Counted from the stretch's first letter, positions 29,369 through 40,228 are shown. The stretch: DNA of 64,000 bases from Vulcanimicrobiota bacterium (GCA_963695225.1 OY968762.1:1536001-1600000), one strand, 5' to 3'. Numbers and translations are program-made. The notes: generated by a model from the sequence alone, not told the origin.

Positions 29369-31645
29369 TCAGCCCGCCGTCGCCTCGCGTGGGACCTCGC
29401 TCGCGGGCGCCCCATTCGTCGAAGGCGCGGGCGGGCTCTCCGGTGAGGGGCCGGCAGGCTTGGGCGCGCCGGAAGCCAGCGCGACGGCCTTACCGCTGCC
29501 CAGGTAGTAGTCGGAGTACTGGCTCTCTTCGGCGCGCGCTTGGTTCAGAACGACGCCGAGAAGATTGATCGAGGAGACGCTCCGGAGCTTCTCGATCGCA
29601 ACCTTCGTGCTGCGGCTGTCGGTCCCGGTTGCGGAGACGACCAGGACTGCTCCGTCGGCTTTCATCGCGAGGACGACGCCGTCGATGATCGATTCGAGCG
29701 CCGGCGAATCGAGGATGACGAAGTCGAACCGTTCGCGGGCGAGCGCCAGGACGCGATCGAAACTCTCGCCCTGGAGGAGGGCGACCGGGTTCGGCGGGCG
29801 GACGCCGCTCGTGATCGTCCAGACACCGGCGTGGCCGCTCGGCCGAAGCGCTTCGGCGAACGGGACCATGCCGACCAGGACGTCGGAGAGGCCGACGTCG
29901 TTCTTGAGGCCGAGCTTCTGGTGGATCGTCGGCCGCCGCAAGTCCGCGTCGATGACGAGAACGCGCGCGTTCAACGACGCCATGCTGATCGCCGTGTTGA
30001 TCGCGACCGTCGATTTCCCGTCGCCTTGCTTGGGGCTCGTGACCGCGATGACGTGCGGCGGATTATCCGAGGAATAACGCAGGGACGTGACGAGCTGGAA
30101 GAAGGCTTCGACCGTCATCGATTCGACGAGGTCACGATCCTTCTCCGCGCCGAGCGCGAGCTTCGGGACCGTCGCCAGCACCGGCAATCCGATACGGTCC
30201 TTGATGTCTTCTTCGTCGCGGAAGCGATCGTCGAAGAACTCGAGCCCGAACACTGTCGTCAGCGCGAGGATCAGCCCGATCAAGAGGCCGATCGACAAAT
30301 TGAGCGGGATGTTCGGAGTCTTGACCGCGTTGCGCGGATCGGCGGCCTGCGTGATCGTGATGTCGCTCGGCGCGGTCGTCTGCGCGACCATCGCCTCCTG
30401 GTATTTCTTCTGGAGCGACATGAAGACGGATTCGGCGGCCTGCGCGTCCCGGCGAAGATCCGCGATGCGGCTCGTTTGCGCCGGGAGGCTCGCAAGCAGA
30501 GGCTGCTGCGCCTTGCGCTGTTGCGCGATCGTATCGAGCTGCGAAGCGGCGGCGGAGATGCGTGCCCGTGCCATCGAGGCTTGCTGCGTCAATTGCTGGT
30601 AGAGCGGGTTCGGAATAGTCCCGGTCTGGGCCACGACGGTGCGCGGCTGCTTGGCGAGCTCTGCCTGCTGCGAGGCGAGCTGTTCCTGAAGCGCGCGGAC
30701 GACCGGGTGGGCATCGGTGTACGTCGCCCGGGCGTTGGCCAACTGCACGCGCGTCGCGGCGATCTCCGCGTTGAGCTGGGAGACGACCGGGTTCTGACTA
30801 TCCGTCTGCGGGCCGGCGACGAACTCGGGCGTGCGCGCCAATTGCGCGGTGTAATTCTCGAGCTCGGCCTGGGCTTGCTTGCGCTCGAGGTCGGCGCCCG
30901 ACGCCTTCGCATCGAGCGTCGCGGCGGCCGTGACGACGGCGGTCGTTTGCGTCGTGAGATCGGCGATCCCGTTCTTACGCTCGTACTCGGCGAGCGCGTT
31001 CTGGGCGGCGCGCAGGCGCTCTTGCGCGATCGGCATCTGCTCGCGCAGGAACCCGATCGCGGACGTCGCCTGCCCGGCGATCAGCGTGCGCTCGCGTTCG
31101 ACGGCGACAGAGGCGAACTCGTTCGCGATTCGCGCCGACATGTCGCGATCCGGCCAAGAGACGGAAACGCCGATGATCGACGTATTCGTGACCGGCTTGA
31201 TCGTCACGTGCGAAAGCAGCCGTTCGGTCGACATGTCGAGCTTGAGATTGTCGACGACGGCTTGCGAGACCGGGGTCTCGTGCAAGAGTTCGGCGAGCGT
31301 CTCCGGCGTCTGGATGCCGCCGTTCATGAGCACGTTCAGCAGCGGCAGGCTCGAATCGCGGCCCTCCTGGACGTTCGGGCTATTCGCGCTGCCCGCGATC
31401 ACCTTGACTTGCGTCGTGTAACTCTTGGGTTGCAGTAACGTGCCCAGGATGACGAGCGCGAGAAAACCGCCGAGCACGGCGAAGAACGTCGCGCGCCGCC
31501 GAACGAGGACGCGCCAGAAGCGCAGCAGATCGACCTCTCGCTCGGGCCGCATACCGCCGTAGGCCGGGCCGGAAATCGCCGGGGCCATGAAGGCTGCGTT
31601 CTGAACCGGTAGATGGGAAACGGTGCCGGGAAGTCTCTGCATCAC
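29369..31645 (-). CDS. wzc: Polysaccharide co-polymerase / BY-kinase (Wzc/GumC)
   Basis: Wzz-like N-terminus, coiled coil, Walker A PKQGDGKST, DADLRRP, DSP, C-terminal YSDYY cluster. Confidence 0.92.
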   Translation of the reverse strand: MMQRLPGTVSHLPVQNAAFMAPAISGPAYGGMRPEREVDLLRFWRVLVRRRATFFAVLGGFLALVILGTLLQPKSYTTQVKVIAGSANSPNVQEGRDSSLPLLNVLMNGGIQTPETLAELLHETPVSQAVVDNLKLDMSTERLLSHVTIKPVTNTSIIGVSVSWPDRDMSARIANEFASVAVERERTLIAGQATSAIGFLREQMPIAQERLRAAQNALAEYERKNGIADLTTQTTAVVTAAATLDAKASGADLERKQAQAELENYTAQLARTPEFVAGPQTDSQNPVVSQLNAEIAATRVQLANARATYTDAHPVVRALQEQLASQQAELAKQPRTVVAQTGTIPNPLYQQLTQQASMARARISAAASQLDTIAQQRKAQQPLLASLPAQTSRIADLRRDAQAAESVFMSLQKKYQEAMVAQTTAPSDITITQAADPRNAVKTPNIPLNLSIGLLIGLILALTTVFGLEFFDDRFRDEEDIKDRIGLPVLATVPKLALGAEKDRDLVESMTVEAFFQLVTSLRYSSDNPPHVIAVTSPKQGDGKSTVAINTAISMASLNARVLVIDADLRRPTIHQKLGLKNDVGLSDVLVGMVPFAEALRPSGHAGVWTITSGVRPPNPVALLQGESFDRVLALARERFDFVILDSPALESIIDGVVLAMKADGAVLVVSATGTDSRSTKVAIEKLRSVSSINLLGVVLNQARAEESQYSDYYLGSGKAVALASGAPKPAGPSPESPPAPSTNGAPASEVPREATAG

Positions 31646-31680
31646 TAACCCTTAAAGAGCGTTCGCTAGTACGTTGAGCA

Positions 31681-32673
31681 TCAGAACGGCAGGCCGAAAA
31701 GGTGACCGATACTATAGATCAGCGAAGCCGGCCCTGAGACGGTGTCGTGGTGTCCGCTCGATATCGGAACCGCGATAAAGTCGCCCTTTTGCATGACGAC
31801 GTCTTTATCGAACTCGCCCTTGTTCAGGATCTGGTAAAGGTCGATCGTTTGCACGGTCTTGTTGCCGGCGGCGTCGACGCGCGCAAGCGTGATGCGATTG
31901 AGATCGGCCGTCTGCGTCGGGCCCGCGCGAGCGATCGCGACGGAGAGGTGGTCGCCCTCATGCACCTGCACGTCACCCGCGCGCTGCACGTCGCCGACCA
32001 CGCGCACGTCGAACGTCGGGAGGCTCTCGACGTAGACCGTCGCTTGATCGGCGAGCGGCGCGTTCTGCGTCACGTCGCCTTCCTGGAGCAGCTTCTGCAG
32101 CGAATACTTCGTCACGGCCCCGTCGGGGGTTCCGACCCGTGCCATCGGCAAGTCGCCGTCGACCGGGCCGATCCCGCCCGCCGCCGCGATCGCGTCGTAG
32201 AGCCGGCCCTGCGAAGAGATCATGTACTTGTTGGGGGCCTTGACGTTCCCCAACACCAGGACTTCAATCTGCCCTTCCTGCACGACGCCGATCGTGACGA
32301 CGGGGTGGCGCATATACTTCGAAAGCGCCTTCTCCATCGCAGCGGACGCCTCGTTCGGCGTGAGGCCGGCGACGATGACGCTGCCGACCAGCGGGTAGCT
32401 GATCGTCCCGCCGCGCACGACCTTGAGCACCTGCGTCGGGTTCTGCTCGCCCGCAACCGTCACGGTGATCTGGTCGCCGACGTGAATGCGATAGATGTCG
32501 CCGGAAGAGGGCGCTGCCGGATGCGCCGTGCCGACGCCCGCGGCAGGCCCCGGGGCGGGGCCGCTCTGGACGGCGTCGGCGGGCGCGGCGGCGAACGCCG
32601 GGGTAGCGACGACTGTGGGGCAGGCTAACAGCGCAAGCGCCACGAGCGCGAACGCGCGTCTATGGAAAATCAT
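31681..32673 (-). CDS. wza: Polysaccharide export protein with SLBB domains (Wza-like)
   Basis: YRIHVGDQITV, GTISYPLVG, AGLT, AIAAAGG, GDFIAVP. Confidence 0.85.
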   Translation of the reverse strand: MIFHRRAFALVALALLACPTVVATPAFAAAPADAVQSGPAPGPAAGVGTAHPAAPSSGDIYRIHVGDQITVTVAGEQNPTQVLKVVRGGTISYPLVGSVIVAGLTPNEASAAMEKALSKYMRHPVVTIGVVQEGQIEVLVLGNVKAPNKYMISSQGRLYDAIAAAGGIGPVDGDLPMARVGTPDGAVTKYSLQKLLQEGDVTQNAPLADQATVYVESLPTFDVRVVGDVQRAGDVQVHEGDHLSVAIARAGPTQTADLNRITLARVDAAGNKTVQTIDLYQILNKGEFDKDVVMQKGDFIAVPISSGHHDTVSGPASLIYSIGHLFGLPF

Positions 32674-32755
32674 CGCGAGAACAAACACCTCTCCAGCATC
32701 TATTTCGAGAATACCCCGCCCGGCTTGTAGCATTCAGTCCCAAAGCGCCTCGACT

Positions 32756-32775
32756 TTCGGGACTGAAGTCCCGAT
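32756..32775. promoter_or_regulatory. Near-consensus DosR-type box TTCGGGACTGAAGTCCCGAT upstream of wza-wzc
   Basis: 8-bp perfect arms TCGGGACT/AGTCCCGA; centre 52.5 bp from TATTCT (-10, 32713-32708). Confidence 0.7.
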
Positions 32776-32807
32776 GAAAGTCTGATCGAGCGGCGCCTCG
32801 TTCAACC

Positions 32808-33962
32808 TCAGTGACTGAGCGCTTGGTTGCCGTACGGCACCGTCGCTTGCGCGAGGCTGCGGTAGAGGTCGAGGTGGCGCTGAACGGAGAGTCCCATGTC
32901 GAAGTGGGAGCGTGCGTACAGTCTCCCCCGCTCGGCGATCCCGGCGAGCCGGCCGGGGTTCTCCCAGGCCTCGTGCATCTTTGCATAGGCGGCCTCGAGG
33001 GACCAATCGGCGCAGACGAACCCCGTCACGCCGTCGGTCACGAAGTCGAGCGCGCCTTCCCAAGGCGTCGTGACGGCCGGCAGGCCGGCCATCATCGCCT
33101 CACCCAGGGCCAACGGCATCCGCTCCCAGAGCGAGGTCATGAGATAGACGTCGACCGCGCGATACAGGTCGGGGAGATCAGACCGGAAGCCGAGGAAGCG
33201 AACGCGCTCACCGAGGCCGGCGGCGGCGACGGCGGCACGCAACGCCGCCTCGTCGCCCCCGGCGCCGGTCAAGAGCAAGTGCCAGGGCAACCCGGCCGCG
33301 GCGCCGCGGGCCAACGCCTCGATGGCCAGCTTCTGGTTCTTTTGCGCGCACATCCGGGCAGGCAGCACGAAAACGAAGGCGTCCGGCGGGAATTGGAGCT
33401 TCGCGCGCAGTTCCGCGCGATCGGCCGTGGCCGACGGCGCGACGAACGGGATCCCGTTCGGAATCACGACGATGCGCTCCAGCGGTATCCCCTCGGCCCC
33501 GGCGTAGCGTTCCCGCTGCCCGCTCGTGAAAACGACGAAGCGCGTCGTGCGCGGATGGAGCACTCGATTGACCGAGCGCCGCAGCAGCCCGCCCGCTTCG
33601 TCGCCATGCTCGGTGAATACGATCGACGGCACGCCGGCCGCGAGCGCTGCGATGCGCCCCGCATACTTGCCGGAGTGGAGATGGGCGTGCACGATGTCGG
33701 GGCGCAGCTCGCGCATCGCGCGCATCAGGCGCGGAACAAACGTGAGATCGCCGCGCCCGGCTCGCGCGACTTCGACGACGGGAACGCCGAGACGCGCTTT
33801 CTGGTCGTCGTCGAGATCGGATTTGTAGACCGAGACGATCGATGCCTCGACGCCGGCGGCGCGCAAACCGACGCAGAGTCCTCGGACGAGCGTCTCCGCA
33901 CCGCCGCCGAGCAGATTGCTGATGACGTGCGTCACGCGCAACGGGCGATCGGGCTGAATCAT
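32808..33962 (-). CDS. GT4 glycosyltransferase
   Basis: GGGAE, PDIVHAH, FTEHG, IPNGI, FLGFRSD, EAMMAGLP. Confidence 0.9.
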   Translation of the reverse strand: MIQPDRPLRVTHVISNLLGGGAETLVRGLCVGLRAAGVEASIVSVYKSDLDDDQKARLGVPVVEVARAGRGDLTFVPRLMRAMRELRPDIVHAHLHSGKYAGRIAALAAGVPSIVFTEHGDEAGGLLRRSVNRVLHPRTTRFVVFTSGQRERYAGAEGIPLERIVVIPNGIPFVAPSATADRAELRAKLQFPPDAFVFVLPARMCAQKNQKLAIEALARGAAAGLPWHLLLTGAGGDEAALRAAVAAAGLGERVRFLGFRSDLPDLYRAVDVYLMTSLWERMPLALGEAMMAGLPAVTTPWEGALDFVTDGVTGFVCADWSLEAAYAKMHEAWENPGRLAGIAERGRLYARSHFDMGLSVQRHLDLYRSLAQATVPYGNQALSH

Positions 33963-34022
33963 CGCGCAGAATTGTAGCACATCGCGCGTGCGGAGGGGAC
34001 TTGCGGCAGGGCGGGGCGCGTC

Positions 34023-34058
34023 GGGACCTTTACCCCACGGCCTAGGGCCGAACGACCG
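34023..34058. promoter_or_regulatory. Tandem DosR-like boxes GGGAC-CTTT-ACCCC and GGGCC-GAAC-GACCG between divergent GT genes
   Basis: First box centre is 53.5 bp from TGC-TACAAT (-10, 33976-33971); second box lies 22 bp further. Confidence 0.55.
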
Positions 34059-34107
34059 GAGGTTCCGCTCGCGACGGCAAGCAACACGGAATTCCACCCG
34101 TCCTGGG

Positions 34108-35142
34108 ATGAAGATGCCGGTACCCGACGCACCGCGCTACGCGCTGATCATGCCGTTCTTGAACGAATCGAAGCACCTGCCCGCGGTTCTGGAAAGCATC
34201 CGCGCGCAGACCTTCGATCACGGGCGGATGTACTTGCTCGCGGTCGATAACGGCTCGACGGATGACGGCGCCGACATCGTTCGCGCCTGGCTCGCGGCGG
34301 GCGACATCGGCGGGCGCGTCGTGCGGACGGAGATTCGCTCTATTCCCCACGCGCTCAATTGCGGGATTCGAGAGGCCGCCCCCGCCGATTACATCGTCCG
34401 CTTGGACGCGCATACGCGCTACGATCCGTCATACGTTGGGACGATCGCCGCCGCGTTCGAGCGGCTACCGGCCGACGTTTGGTGCGTCGGCGGCGGGCAA
34501 GAACCGGACCACCCCGCCGAATTCTCGAAGCAACTCTACGCCGCGCTGCTGACGAACCGCATGGGCCTCGGAGGCGCGCCCTACCGCGCGTCGGCCGCCG
34601 AGCGCGACGTCCCGCACGTTTATCTCGGCGCGTGGCGCCCCGGCGTGCTCCAGCGACTCGGAGGTTTCGACGAAGCCTGGATCGCGAATGAGGATTCCGA
34701 ATTGAACGAGCGCCTCCGCGATGCGGGCGGGCGCGTGCGGCGGATCGCGGTCGACTCCACGTATATCGTATCGCGCGGCGCGCTCGCCGCCGTCAAGCAG
34801 TGGCACCGGTACGGCTTCTGGCGAGCGCAAACGAACAAGCGGCACCCGAAATCGCGCCGGCCACGGCATCTCGCTCCCCCTCTAGCGCTCGTCGGCGGCC
34901 TCGCGTTGCTCGCGAGCCCGCTTCGGCGCGGGTTGATTCCGCTGTACGGGCTGTTTGCGATCGCGACGATCGCCGGCCGCAGGCCGGGCGAATCCCCGGC
35001 CGTCACGCTCGCCTCATGCGTCTTCTTCCCGGTGCTCCACGCGGCGAACGGCCTCGGGCAGATCCGCGGCATGCTCGCTCCGCCAAGAGCGTCGCGGCTC
35101 GGCGCGAGCCTGGAAAGCCTCCCCGCCGCCGAACTCGGCTAG
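34108..35142 (+). CDS. GT2 glycosyltransferase (ExoA-like)
   Basis: MPFLNE, VDNGSTD, VRLDAH, GGFDE, NEDSELN, QWHRYGFWR; C-terminal TMs. Confidence 0.88.
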   Translation: MKMPVPDAPRYALIMPFLNESKHLPAVLESIRAQTFDHGRMYLLAVDNGSTDDGADIVRAWLAAGDIGGRVVRTEIRSIPHALNCGIREAAPADYIVRLDAHTRYDPSYVGTIAAAFERLPADVWCVGGGQEPDHPAEFSKQLYAALLTNRMGLGGAPYRASAAERDVPHVYLGAWRPGVLQRLGGFDEAWIANEDSELNERLRDAGGRVRRIAVDSTYIVSRGALAAVKQWHRYGFWRAQTNKRHPKSRRPRHLAPPLALVGGLALLASPLRRGLIPLYGLFAIATIAGRRPGESPAVTLASCVFFPVLHAANGLGQIRGMLAPPRASRLGASLESLPAAELG

Positions 35143-36452
35143 GCGCCGTGCGTCGAACGCCGGCGGCGCACGTGCAGCATGCCGAGGATCGCTGCGAGAT
35201 CTTCACGCGTGACGAACACGAACGCGCCCAGCGGAGCCTGCGAGAGCTTCACGCATGCGCGGAGTTTGGCTGCAAGCGAGACGGCGTAACCCACGGTCAT
35301 CGCCATGATCACCCCGAGGATCCCCAAGCGCATCGCAAGCAGGGCGGCGCACGTGGCGCTCCCGATCAACACCGTGACGTCGATCTTGAAGACGATGTCG
35401 GGGCGCCCTTCGAAGGCGTTGAGATAATACACGAGCGGCGCGTCGATGCAATACAAGAACATACCGAGCGTCAGCAGCCGCAAGAGGGCACCGGCGGCGC
35501 TGAAATCCGGCCCGTAGACGCACTCGATCAGACGCGGTCCGACGGCGAACAAGAAGAGTGCGACGCAAGCTTGGAACGCAACCAACATACGCGTCGTCCG
35601 CGTCGTCAATTCGACGGCGCGCGCGCGGTCCGCGCTCGCGAGCCGTCCGAACGAGGCGAGCGAGATCGAACGCCCCAACTGCCACATCAAGTCGCCCGCG
35701 GCGAGCGCGAGCGTATAGACGCCGAGCATCGCCGCATCGAACGCGGCGCTGACGATGGCGACGTCGACCCGGAGCGCCAAGAAACCGGCTAGCGCCGCAG
35801 AGCCCGCGCGCAACGCGAAACGCGTTTGAGCGGCGCGCAACTCGCTCGAGTCGGGAGCGGGCGTACCGCCTGTCGCGCGGCCCAGACGAAACGTGAGATA
35901 GAGCGCGCTTGCGACGTAGGCCGCGACCCAGATCAGCATGAATCCCGCGAGCGGCACGTGGAACGCGAGAACCGCCGCGCCGGCAGCGAGCGCCCCGCCG
36001 CCCTGCGCGATGAAGTTCGCCACGTTGATTTCGCGGATGCGGTGCTGCACGAGGAAGAATCCGGCAAACGCGCTGGCCGCGAGCGCGAACGGAAACGCGA
36101 TCCCCGCGTAGTAGAGCGCATGCTGCGAGCCGAAGCGCGCGGCGAGCGCGAGGTAGAGCAGCGTTCCACATAGCGCCGGGAGCGCGATGACGAGCCACGT
36201 CGAGCGGCGTACGGCGGAAAAGTCTCGCCCGGCCTGGCCGAGCAGATAGACGATGCTCCCGGAAACCCCCTCCGCGAGCGTCACCGCAACCATGACTGCG
36301 ATCCCTGCGTAATTGAGGAGACCTTTGCCCGTCGGTCCGAACGTGCGCGCTACGAGAACCCCGACGAGCACCATCGCGACCTGCGATGCGATCGTCCAGG
36401 AAAACGCGTCGACGGTCTGGCCTTTCAGACCGCCGGCGCTCTTTGCTTGCAT
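35139..36452 (-). CDS. wzx: Polysaccharide flippase (Wzx/MOP family)
   Basis: ARTFGPTGKG, RVDVAIV, LGVYTLA, YGPDF; about 12 TMs. Confidence 0.82.
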   Translation of the reverse strand: MQAKSAGGLKGQTVDAFSWTIASQVAMVLVGVLVARTFGPTGKGLLNYAGIAVMVAVTLAEGVSGSIVYLLGQAGRDFSAVRRSTWLVIALPALCGTLLYLALAARFGSQHALYYAGIAFPFALAASAFAGFFLVQHRIREINVANFIAQGGGALAAGAAVLAFHVPLAGFMLIWVAAYVASALYLTFRLGRATGGTPAPDSSELRAAQTRFALRAGSAALAGFLALRVDVAIVSAAFDAAMLGVYTLALAAGDLMWQLGRSISLASFGRLASADRARAVELTTRTTRMLVAFQACVALFLFAVGPRLIECVYGPDFSAAGALLRLLTLGMFLYCIDAPLVYYLNAFEGRPDIVFKIDVTVLIGSATCAALLAMRLGILGVIMAMTVGYAVSLAAKLRACVKLSQAPLGAFVFVTREDLAAILGMLHVRRRRSTHGA

Positions 36453-36459
36453 GACCGCG

Positions 36460-37908
36460 TCAGGCTACGCGATGGAACAGGAACTCTGCGAGCGTCTTCA
36501 CCAAGATCGAGACGTCGAGGAACAGCGACCAGTTCTCGATGTAGAAGAGATCGTAGGCGAGGCGTTCGGAGATCGCAGAGACGTCGACGTTGCGCTTCAT
36601 GTGGATGTGCGACCAGCCCGTGATCCCCGGGCGCACCAAGTGGCGCTCGTCGTAACGCGGGAGCACGCGGCGGAACTTCTCGACGTAGAACGGACGCTCC
36701 GGGCGGGGACCGACGAGCGACATCTCGCCGCGAATCACGTTGAAGAGCTGGGGCAACTCGTCGAGGCTCGTCTTCCGCAGGAATCCGCCGATCCGCGTCA
36801 CTTTGCGCCGGTTCGGATCCGACCAGACGGGGCCGGTCGCCTTTTCGGCGTCGACCGGCATCGAGCGGAACTTGAGGATCTCGAACGTCTTGCCGCGCAG
36901 GCCGACGCGAGTTTGCCGATAGATCACGGGGCCGCCGTCGTCGAGATAGACGGCTAGCGCAACGAGCGCCATGATCGGGCCGACGAAGATCATCGACGGC
37001 AGGACGAGCGCGAGATCGAAGATGCGGCGCAGCGTCACCATCTTCGGGTTGCAGATCGCGAGACTGCGCGGGCAAATCAATGCGAGCCCGCCGTCCTTCT
37101 GCAGGGAGAAATCGTAGGCTTGCGGCCGGATCCGAGTCGGCGCGAAGGCGAGTTTGACGCCGCGCCCTTCGGTCGTGCGTAGCAAGCTCGGGACGATGGC
37201 GGGAGGAAGCGCCTCGGTGACGATCATCGTGTCGCACTGCCACTCGAGCGCTCCGCGCATCCACGGCAGGTCGTCGACGCCTTCGTTTTCCATCGAGTGC
37301 GTGAGGCGCGCGTCGAAATCGTCGATCGAAAGGCGCAGGATCGCGTCGCGCGGGGTCAGGTGGAGTTCGTCGACGACGGCGTTGACGCGATCGTAGGTGC
37401 CGACGATCGCGATCCGGCGCGGGGCCTGGAGCGCCACCTTCTCCCAAACGATGCGCAGGGCGGCCCGCGAGGCCGGGACCAGGAAAGCCGAGACCGCAAA
37501 CATTTCGATCAGCAGGATGCGCGAGATCGAGATGCTGGGCGCGATCGTAAAAAGGAAGAGCTCGGGCAAGACGCCGAGAGCGAGCGCCGCGATCGCGAAG
37601 TAGACCTCGTCCCGGACCGAATTCGCGAACGTCTGGCGGTAGAGCCCGATTCGGGCGAAGAGGAACAGCCAGAGCGCGAGGATCGGAAGGATCGCGATCC
37701 AGAAGCTCGGGCGCGTAACGTTCAGGAGCGAGCCGAAATGGAGCTGGGACGCGAGGCACGCGGAACCGACGAACAGGAGCGCGTCCGTGGCGAAAAGCAG
37801 GCGGCTCCAGCGCGGGCCATACTTGGCCGGAGAGGGCTTCGGTTTCGCAGGGGAGACGGCGAATCCAAGGCTAGATTCGGCGCTGTCGGAACGAAGCGAT
37901 ACATCCAT
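36460..37908 (-). CDS. Priming polyprenyl glycosylphosphotransferase (WcaJ/WbaP family)
   Basis: KFRSM, LRKTSLDELPQLFNV, GEMSLVGPRPE, RPGITGW, DLFYIENWS. Confidence 0.93.
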   Translation of the reverse strand: MDVSLRSDSAESSLGFAVSPAKPKPSPAKYGPRWSRLLFATDALLFVGSACLASQLHFGSLLNVTRPSFWIAILPILALWLFLFARIGLYRQTFANSVRDEVYFAIAALALGVLPELFLFTIAPSISISRILLIEMFAVSAFLVPASRAALRIVWEKVALQAPRRIAIVGTYDRVNAVVDELHLTPRDAILRLSIDDFDARLTHSMENEGVDDLPWMRGALEWQCDTMIVTEALPPAIVPSLLRTTEGRGVKLAFAPTRIRPQAYDFSLQKDGGLALICPRSLAICNPKMVTLRRIFDLALVLPSMIFVGPIMALVALAVYLDDGGPVIYRQTRVGLRGKTFEILKFRSMPVDAEKATGPVWSDPNRRKVTRIGGFLRKTSLDELPQLFNVIRGEMSLVGPRPERPFYVEKFRRVLPRYDERHLVRPGITGWSHIHMKRNVDVSAISERLAYDLFYIENWSLFLDVSILVKTLAEFLFHRVA

Positions 37909-38013
37909 GATCGTGACAATGGTAGCATTATGTGAGCTGGGACACAGGGGACTATTCGTACCATTTCGGTACGGCCTACCTGCGAAGGGGGCACCGGGCC
38001 GCCGCGTTGCGTT

Positions 38014-38027
38014 GGGTAGGAAGTCCT
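38014..38027. promoter_or_regulatory. DosR-like box GGGTA-GGAA-GTCCT upstream of the GT2-oxidoreductase-deacetylase operon
   Basis: Flanked by TT/AA; centre 52.5 bp from TACACT (-10, 38073-38078). Confidence 0.5.
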
Positions 38028-38084
38028 AAATATCGGCACCGCCCGCCCTTTGTGGTCCTAGCCCGTTCCTCGTACACTCCAGCC

Positions 38085-38876
38085 ATGACCCGTGCCCCCG
38101 CTTCGATCCTGGTCCCCGCCTACAACGAAGGAGCCGAGTTTCGTGCGACGCTCCGCCGTTTGGAAGTTTTCTCTCGTTCGGTTTCCGACCGTTACGAACT
38201 CCGGCTGCTGGTCGTCGACGACGGCAGCAGCGACGAGACCGCGGCGATCGCGGATGCGTACGCGCGGACGGCGGACAACGTCCGGGTTGTGCACCACGAT
38301 CGCAACCGGGGAATCGCCGCCGCCCTGCGGACGGGGCTCGCCGAGTTGCCGGGCGACAGCGTCGTCGTGCTCGATGCGGACCTCAGCTATGCGCCCGAGG
38401 AGGTCGTCGTGCCGATGCTCGACGCGCTGACGGCGAAGCGGGCCGCGGTCGTGGTGGCGTCTCCTTATATGCGCGGCGGGCGCGTTTCGAACGTCCCGTT
38501 CATCCGGCTGCTGGCGAGCCGCTGCGCGAATGCGCTGCTTTCGGCGTTCACGGGCGGGCGCGTCTCGACGCTCACCGGTATGGTCCGCGCCTACAGCCCG
38601 GACGGCGCTGCCCGGGCGCTCGCCTGCATGCCGGACGGCGAATTCAATTCCTGGGTGCTCCTCGACGCGCTACGGCGAGGCGCGGTCGTCTGCGAAGTCC
38701 CCGCCCACCTCTGCTGGCCGCCGGCGCGCCTCGCGGGCGCGCCCCGGATGCCGCTCCGCAAGCTCGCACGCGCGACGCTGGCGGTCCTTCGAACGCTCCG
38801 CTTCCACGCGCTCGGCGGCGACGAGAAACGTGCCGCACCCAACGAACCGGCAGCCAAGGGAGTCTCGATGCCATGA
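38085..38876 (+). CDS. GT2 glycosyltransferase (polyprenol-phosphate sugar synthase-like)
   Basis: VPAYNE, VDDGSSD, NRG, LDADLSY. Confidence 0.88.
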   Translation: MTRAPASILVPAYNEGAEFRATLRRLEVFSRSVSDRYELRLLVVDDGSSDETAAIADAYARTADNVRVVHHDRNRGIAAALRTGLAELPGDSVVVLDADLSYAPEEVVVPMLDALTAKRAAVVVASPYMRGGRVSNVPFIRLLASRCANALLSAFTGGRVSTLTGMVRAYSPDGAARALACMPDGEFNSWVLLDALRRGAVVCEVPAHLCWPPARLAGAPRMPLRKLARATLAVLRTLRFHALGGDEKRAAPNEPAAKGVSMP

Positions 38877-40228
38877 CCAGCACCTTACGTTCCCCCATCG
38901 GCTCCGTACGAGGCCGCCACGTTTCGCGCGTCGCCATCATCGGCGGCGGACTGCTCGGAATGACGCTCGCGTTGCGGTACGCGCAGTGCGGGCGCGCGGT
39001 AACGATCGTCGAAGCGAGCCCAACGCTCGGCGGCCTCGCCATGCCGTGGAAGCTGGGCGACATCACCTGGGACCGCCACTATCACGTCACGCTTCAATCC
39101 GATACGCAGCTCCTCTCGCTGCTCGATGAACTAGGGCTGCGCGACGAGATGAATTTCACGACCACGACGACCGGTTTCTACACGGACGGGCGCTATCACG
39201 ATTTTTCCGGCGTCCTCGATTTCATCCGTTTCAAGCCGCTCTCGCACGCCGCGAAGGCGCGACTCGGCATCGCGATCCTGTACGCCTCCTCGATCCGCGA
39301 CGGGCGGCGGCTCGAATCGATCACCGCGCGCAAGTGGCTGACCGACCTGTGCGGCGAGGATACGTACAAGAACATCTGGGAGCCGTTATTGCGCGCGAAG
39401 ATCGGGGACTACGCGCCGCAGGTTTCGGCCTCTTTCATCTGGGCGATCATCTCGCGCCTCTACGGCGCGCGGCGCAGCGGTGAGAAGCGCGAACTGTTCG
39501 GCTACATCGACGGAAGCTACGCGCGCATCCTGAGCACGTTCGAAGCGAAGCTCCGCGATCTCGGCGTCGAGATACTGGCCGGCGAGCCGGTCGCCGCGGT
39601 CGAACGCGAGGCCGGCGGCCTATCCGTGCAGCTTCGCGACCGTAAGCTGGACTTCGAAGAAGTCATCGTGACGGCGCCGGCGCCCGTCGCCGCGCGCATC
39701 TGCAAAAATCTCGAAGAGACCGAACTCGCGCGTTTGCGGGGCGTTCGCTATCAGGGGATCGTCTGCGCCTCGCTCCTGTTGAAAGAGCCCGTCAACAAGT
39801 ATTACGTCACGAACATCACCGAGACGTGGGTGCCGTTCACTTCGATCATCAACATGTCGTGCGTCGTCGACCGCAAGAACTTCGGCGGCAACGCGCTCGT
39901 CTATCTTCCGAAATACGTGGCTCCCGACGACGAGATCTTCCGCTTGAGCGACGAGGAGATCGAAGAGCGCTTCATCCGGGCGATCATCAAGATGCATCCC
40001 GATTTCGACCGCTCGTCCATCCTCGCGAGCCGCATGTCGCGCGTTCAGCACGTCTTCCCGATCACGACGCTCAACTATTCCGAGCACGTCCCGCCGATGA
40101 CGACCTCCGTCCCGGGCCTCTCGATCGTGAACGCCGCTCAGATCGTCAACGGGACGCTCAACGCCAATCAAACCGTCGACCTCGCGAATCGCGCGTTCCG
40201 CACGCTCTGCCAAGAGTTCGTCGTATGA
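38873..40228 (+). CDS. FAD-dependent oxidoreductase (amine oxidase/HemY-like)
   Basis: IIGGGLLG, LGGLA, WDRHYHV; translationally coupled to both neighbours. Confidence 0.82.
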   Translation: MTSTLRSPIGSVRGRHVSRVAIIGGGLLGMTLALRYAQCGRAVTIVEASPTLGGLAMPWKLGDITWDRHYHVTLQSDTQLLSLLDELGLRDEMNFTTTTTGFYTDGRYHDFSGVLDFIRFKPLSHAAKARLGIAILYASSIRDGRRLESITARKWLTDLCGEDTYKNIWEPLLRAKIGDYAPQVSASFIWAIISRLYGARRSGEKRELFGYIDGSYARILSTFEAKLRDLGVEILAGEPVAAVEREAGGLSVQLRDRKLDFEEVIVTAPAPVAARICKNLEETELARLRGVRYQGIVCASLLLKEPVNKYYVTNITETWVPFTSIINMSCVVDRKNFGGNALVYLPKYVAPDDEIFRLSDEEIEERFIRAIIKMHPDFDRSSILASRMSRVQHVFPITTLNYSEHVPPMTTSVPGLSIVNAAQIVNGTLNANQTVDLANRAFRTLCQEFVV